DNA of 48,971 nucleotides, the filler included, from Ionaspis alba (Eukaryota): NCBI GenBank assembly GCA_964255285.1. It is 2 parts of 2 records of this genome, joined end to end, with 100 filler letters (N's around TTAATTAATTAA, not from the genome) between each part and the next. Parts side by side here need not be neighbours in the genome. Positions count along the whole stretch, not along the records: positions 24,666 to 48,971 come from CAXUUL010000173.1; 1 more part is not named here. The stretch is one strand, 5' to 3'. How positions within the stretch are numbered: position 1 is the first letter of the stretch; each line of letters starts with the position of its first letter. The position numbers and the translations under genes were made by a program. Of the stretch, positions 47,177 through 48,971 are shown piece by piece. The notes under the pieces are model-generated. The model saw nothing but the letters and a program-made list of their open reading frames with translations. It did not search any database and had not been told where the DNA came from.

Positions 47177-47386
47177 ACCAGACCCTTTCTGCCGTTTCGT
47201 CCCTGGAACTAATGTTCAATGACGTAGATTCNNNNNNNNNNNNNNNNNNNNNNNNNNNNNNNNNNNNNNNNNNNNNNNNNNNNNNNNNNNNNNNNNNNNN
47301 NNNNNNNNNNNNNNNNNNNNNNNNNNNNNNNACCAGACCCTTTCTGCCGTTTCGTCCCTGGAACTAATGTTCAATGACGTAGATTC
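47177..47386. other. Assembly gap (100 N) flanked by an exact 55-nt duplication
   Basis: 47177-47231 is identical to 47332-47386; N run 47232-47331. Confidence 0.95.
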
Positions 47387-47736
47387 TAGATCTCGGTAAT
47401 CTAAGCGTAACCCTATTGGATCTAGCACCTAAAACTTCTTTCATGTTTCCCGACTGCCTCTCTATCGACTTCAGACCTTCACGATGTCATAGGTCACACA
47501 CGCTGCCAAGGATGCGTGTCGGAGCAGCGGGACACAGATTTCCTTGGCGAGCTTTCAGAGAGGTCTGGCTAGAAGGACTGCTTTAAGAAGGGCCTGAATT
47601 GCTTTGTTTATTTCGCGTAGGATATGAGTGTTTATGGATGTCACGCGACGGCTGCTATCTTCGAGTTATTCCGTCGCACGTTAGCATACGCTACGTCGGT
47701 CGAGTATGCTCTCTTAGCTTGACAAGTTAACTAAAG

Positions 47737-48685
47737 TTATCTGCGTCTCGCCAAGATCAATCCGCTTCCCCATTCAATATCAACCTCCCTCTCTGTCCAT
47801 CTCTTATCGTCCTGCCAAGTAGTTTCGGTCGCTAGAATCTCATCAAACATCTCGTCCACGACATCTCCCTTTCCACCATCTTCCCTCTTTTTGCGCTCCG
47901 GAAACTTCTCCTGCCACCCGTGGTATGAGCTCCATGTTCTGATATAATTCATACAGTCTCCAAGCTTGATCTTCTTCTCCAGGAAAAGCGTGCCTTGCCC
48001 AGAATGTCTTCCTTTAGCTCCAGGCTCGTACTCAATCCTTTGAATATCTTCGAAGTCTTCTGTTGGAGGCTTGATATCTCGGAGTTTGTTCTGTACAATA
48101 CTTCGACCAGGTTGCGACCAGTACGAGCCGAGTAGTCCCTCTTCCTCCCCATGAGCGTAATGGTTGAGAATTTCCGTTGCTCTCGGATGATCGACAAAGA
48201 CGTGGTCTTTATAGCCCCAGAGAGCCAAAGTTCCTCCCTGCCGAAGGATTCTTTTCATCTCTGGGAAGAACTTTGGATAATCGAACCAGTGAGCAGCTTG
48301 CCCAGACACAACCATGTCTACACTGTCATTTTCCAAAAAAGATATACGTTCTGCGGAAGATTGTCGGTACTCGATGTTGAGATGCTCAGGAGTGGATGCC
48401 GCTATCGAGCGTGCCTGCTCCAGCATCCCTGAGGACGGATCTGTCCCTATCACTCGGGCAAAAGAATTCGTGAACGATTGTGCGACAATGCCATGTCCGC
48501 AGCCAAGATCGACGCAAAGGTTCTTGGCTCCTTTGTGATAGGCGAGCACTGTGTTATACAAAGATTGTGGATATGTAGGACGAAGCGAGGCATATGAAGC
48601 AAATGAAAAGGACTTCTTCCTATTTCAAACATTAATCAAAGTATGATTATATTTGGAGCCAAGCAACTAACGCAAATGTGGCCAT
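47737..48685 (-). CDS. tmt1: Class I SAM-dependent methyltransferase, trans-aconitate 3-methyltransferase (Tmt1/Crg1)-like, ~298 aa
   Basis: Exons 48685-48672 and 48619-47737. Translation MATFAKKSFSFASYASLRPTYP, VDLGCGHG, GTDPSSGM, GQAAHWFD, YWSQPGRSIV, YIRTWSSYH. Confidence 0.85.
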
Positions 48686-48707
48686 CTTGTACCCTGGTTT
48701 CCAACTC

Positions 48708-48822
48708 CGGCAAATTACTAAATTGACCTCCAAAAGCGACCTTTCTTACTAACGTGACTTTTATGTTACTATTTTGATCTTTGATTTTTCGGCAAATTAC
48801 AGAGATGAACCCCAAAAGCGAC
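48708..48822. repeat. Imperfect 33-bp direct repeat upstream of the methyltransferase
   Basis: 48708-48740 (CGGCAAATTACTAAATTGACCTCCAAAAGCGAC) vs 48790-48822 (CGGCAAATTACAGAGATGAACCCCAAAAGCGAC); 27/33 identical by manual alignment. Confidence 0.7.
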
Positions 48823-48971
48823 TTTTTGTTATAGTTTGGCCCCGGGAGAATCTCGGGACCCGGAAAAATCTTATTTTAATTGAAAAAACGTTGCGCCGGT
48901 CAATATCTAAATTTTTAATATTTTATTTTATAATAAATTATACAAATAAAAATTATAATAAATAATTTAAA

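Noticed and set aside
47611..47650. SCB/MCB-like CGCG motifs upstream of the rad4 homolog
   Set aside because: Imperfect, about 500 bp away across a gap, and within the likely tmt1 3'UTR; too weak to call.

Overview
Gene-dense, intron-containing DNA from a filamentous ascomycete (Pezizomycotina; short GT-AG introns with CTRAC/CTAAY branch sites), from a short-read scaffold with seven 100-nt gaps. I reconstructed 19 coding loci by hand: a GT2 glycosyltransferase, a BED-finger/DUF3237 fusion, a membrane-anchored GH3 beta-glucosidase (BglE type), an ACR-2-like Zn2Cys6 factor, a EutQ-like cupin, an orphan SET-domain protein, 2-methylcitrate dehydratase, a PTS1-bearing Asp f3/Pmp20 peroxiredoxin (partial), an aspartate aminotransferase 3' fragment, Fox2, a Tda10-like kinase, an F-box-less WD40 protein, DUF4291, Mcd4 (gap-interrupted, plus a probable tail fragment), the fatty-acid regulator FarA/Ctf1-alpha, an intracellular LysM protein, a Rad4/XPC-family protein and a Tmt1-like methyltransferase. 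The best lead is a possible physically linked FarA regulon: farA lies about 10 kb from fox2. FarA core sites (CCTCGG) occur in the fox2/tda10 bidirectional promoter, just before the methylcitrate dehydratase ATG, and as a tandem pair inside a farA intron. A synthetic TTAATTAATTAA spacer at 24610 means linkage across that point is unproven. No tRNA, rRNA, CRISPR or intact transposon was recognised. Family assignments come from motif recognition and memory, not database searches.
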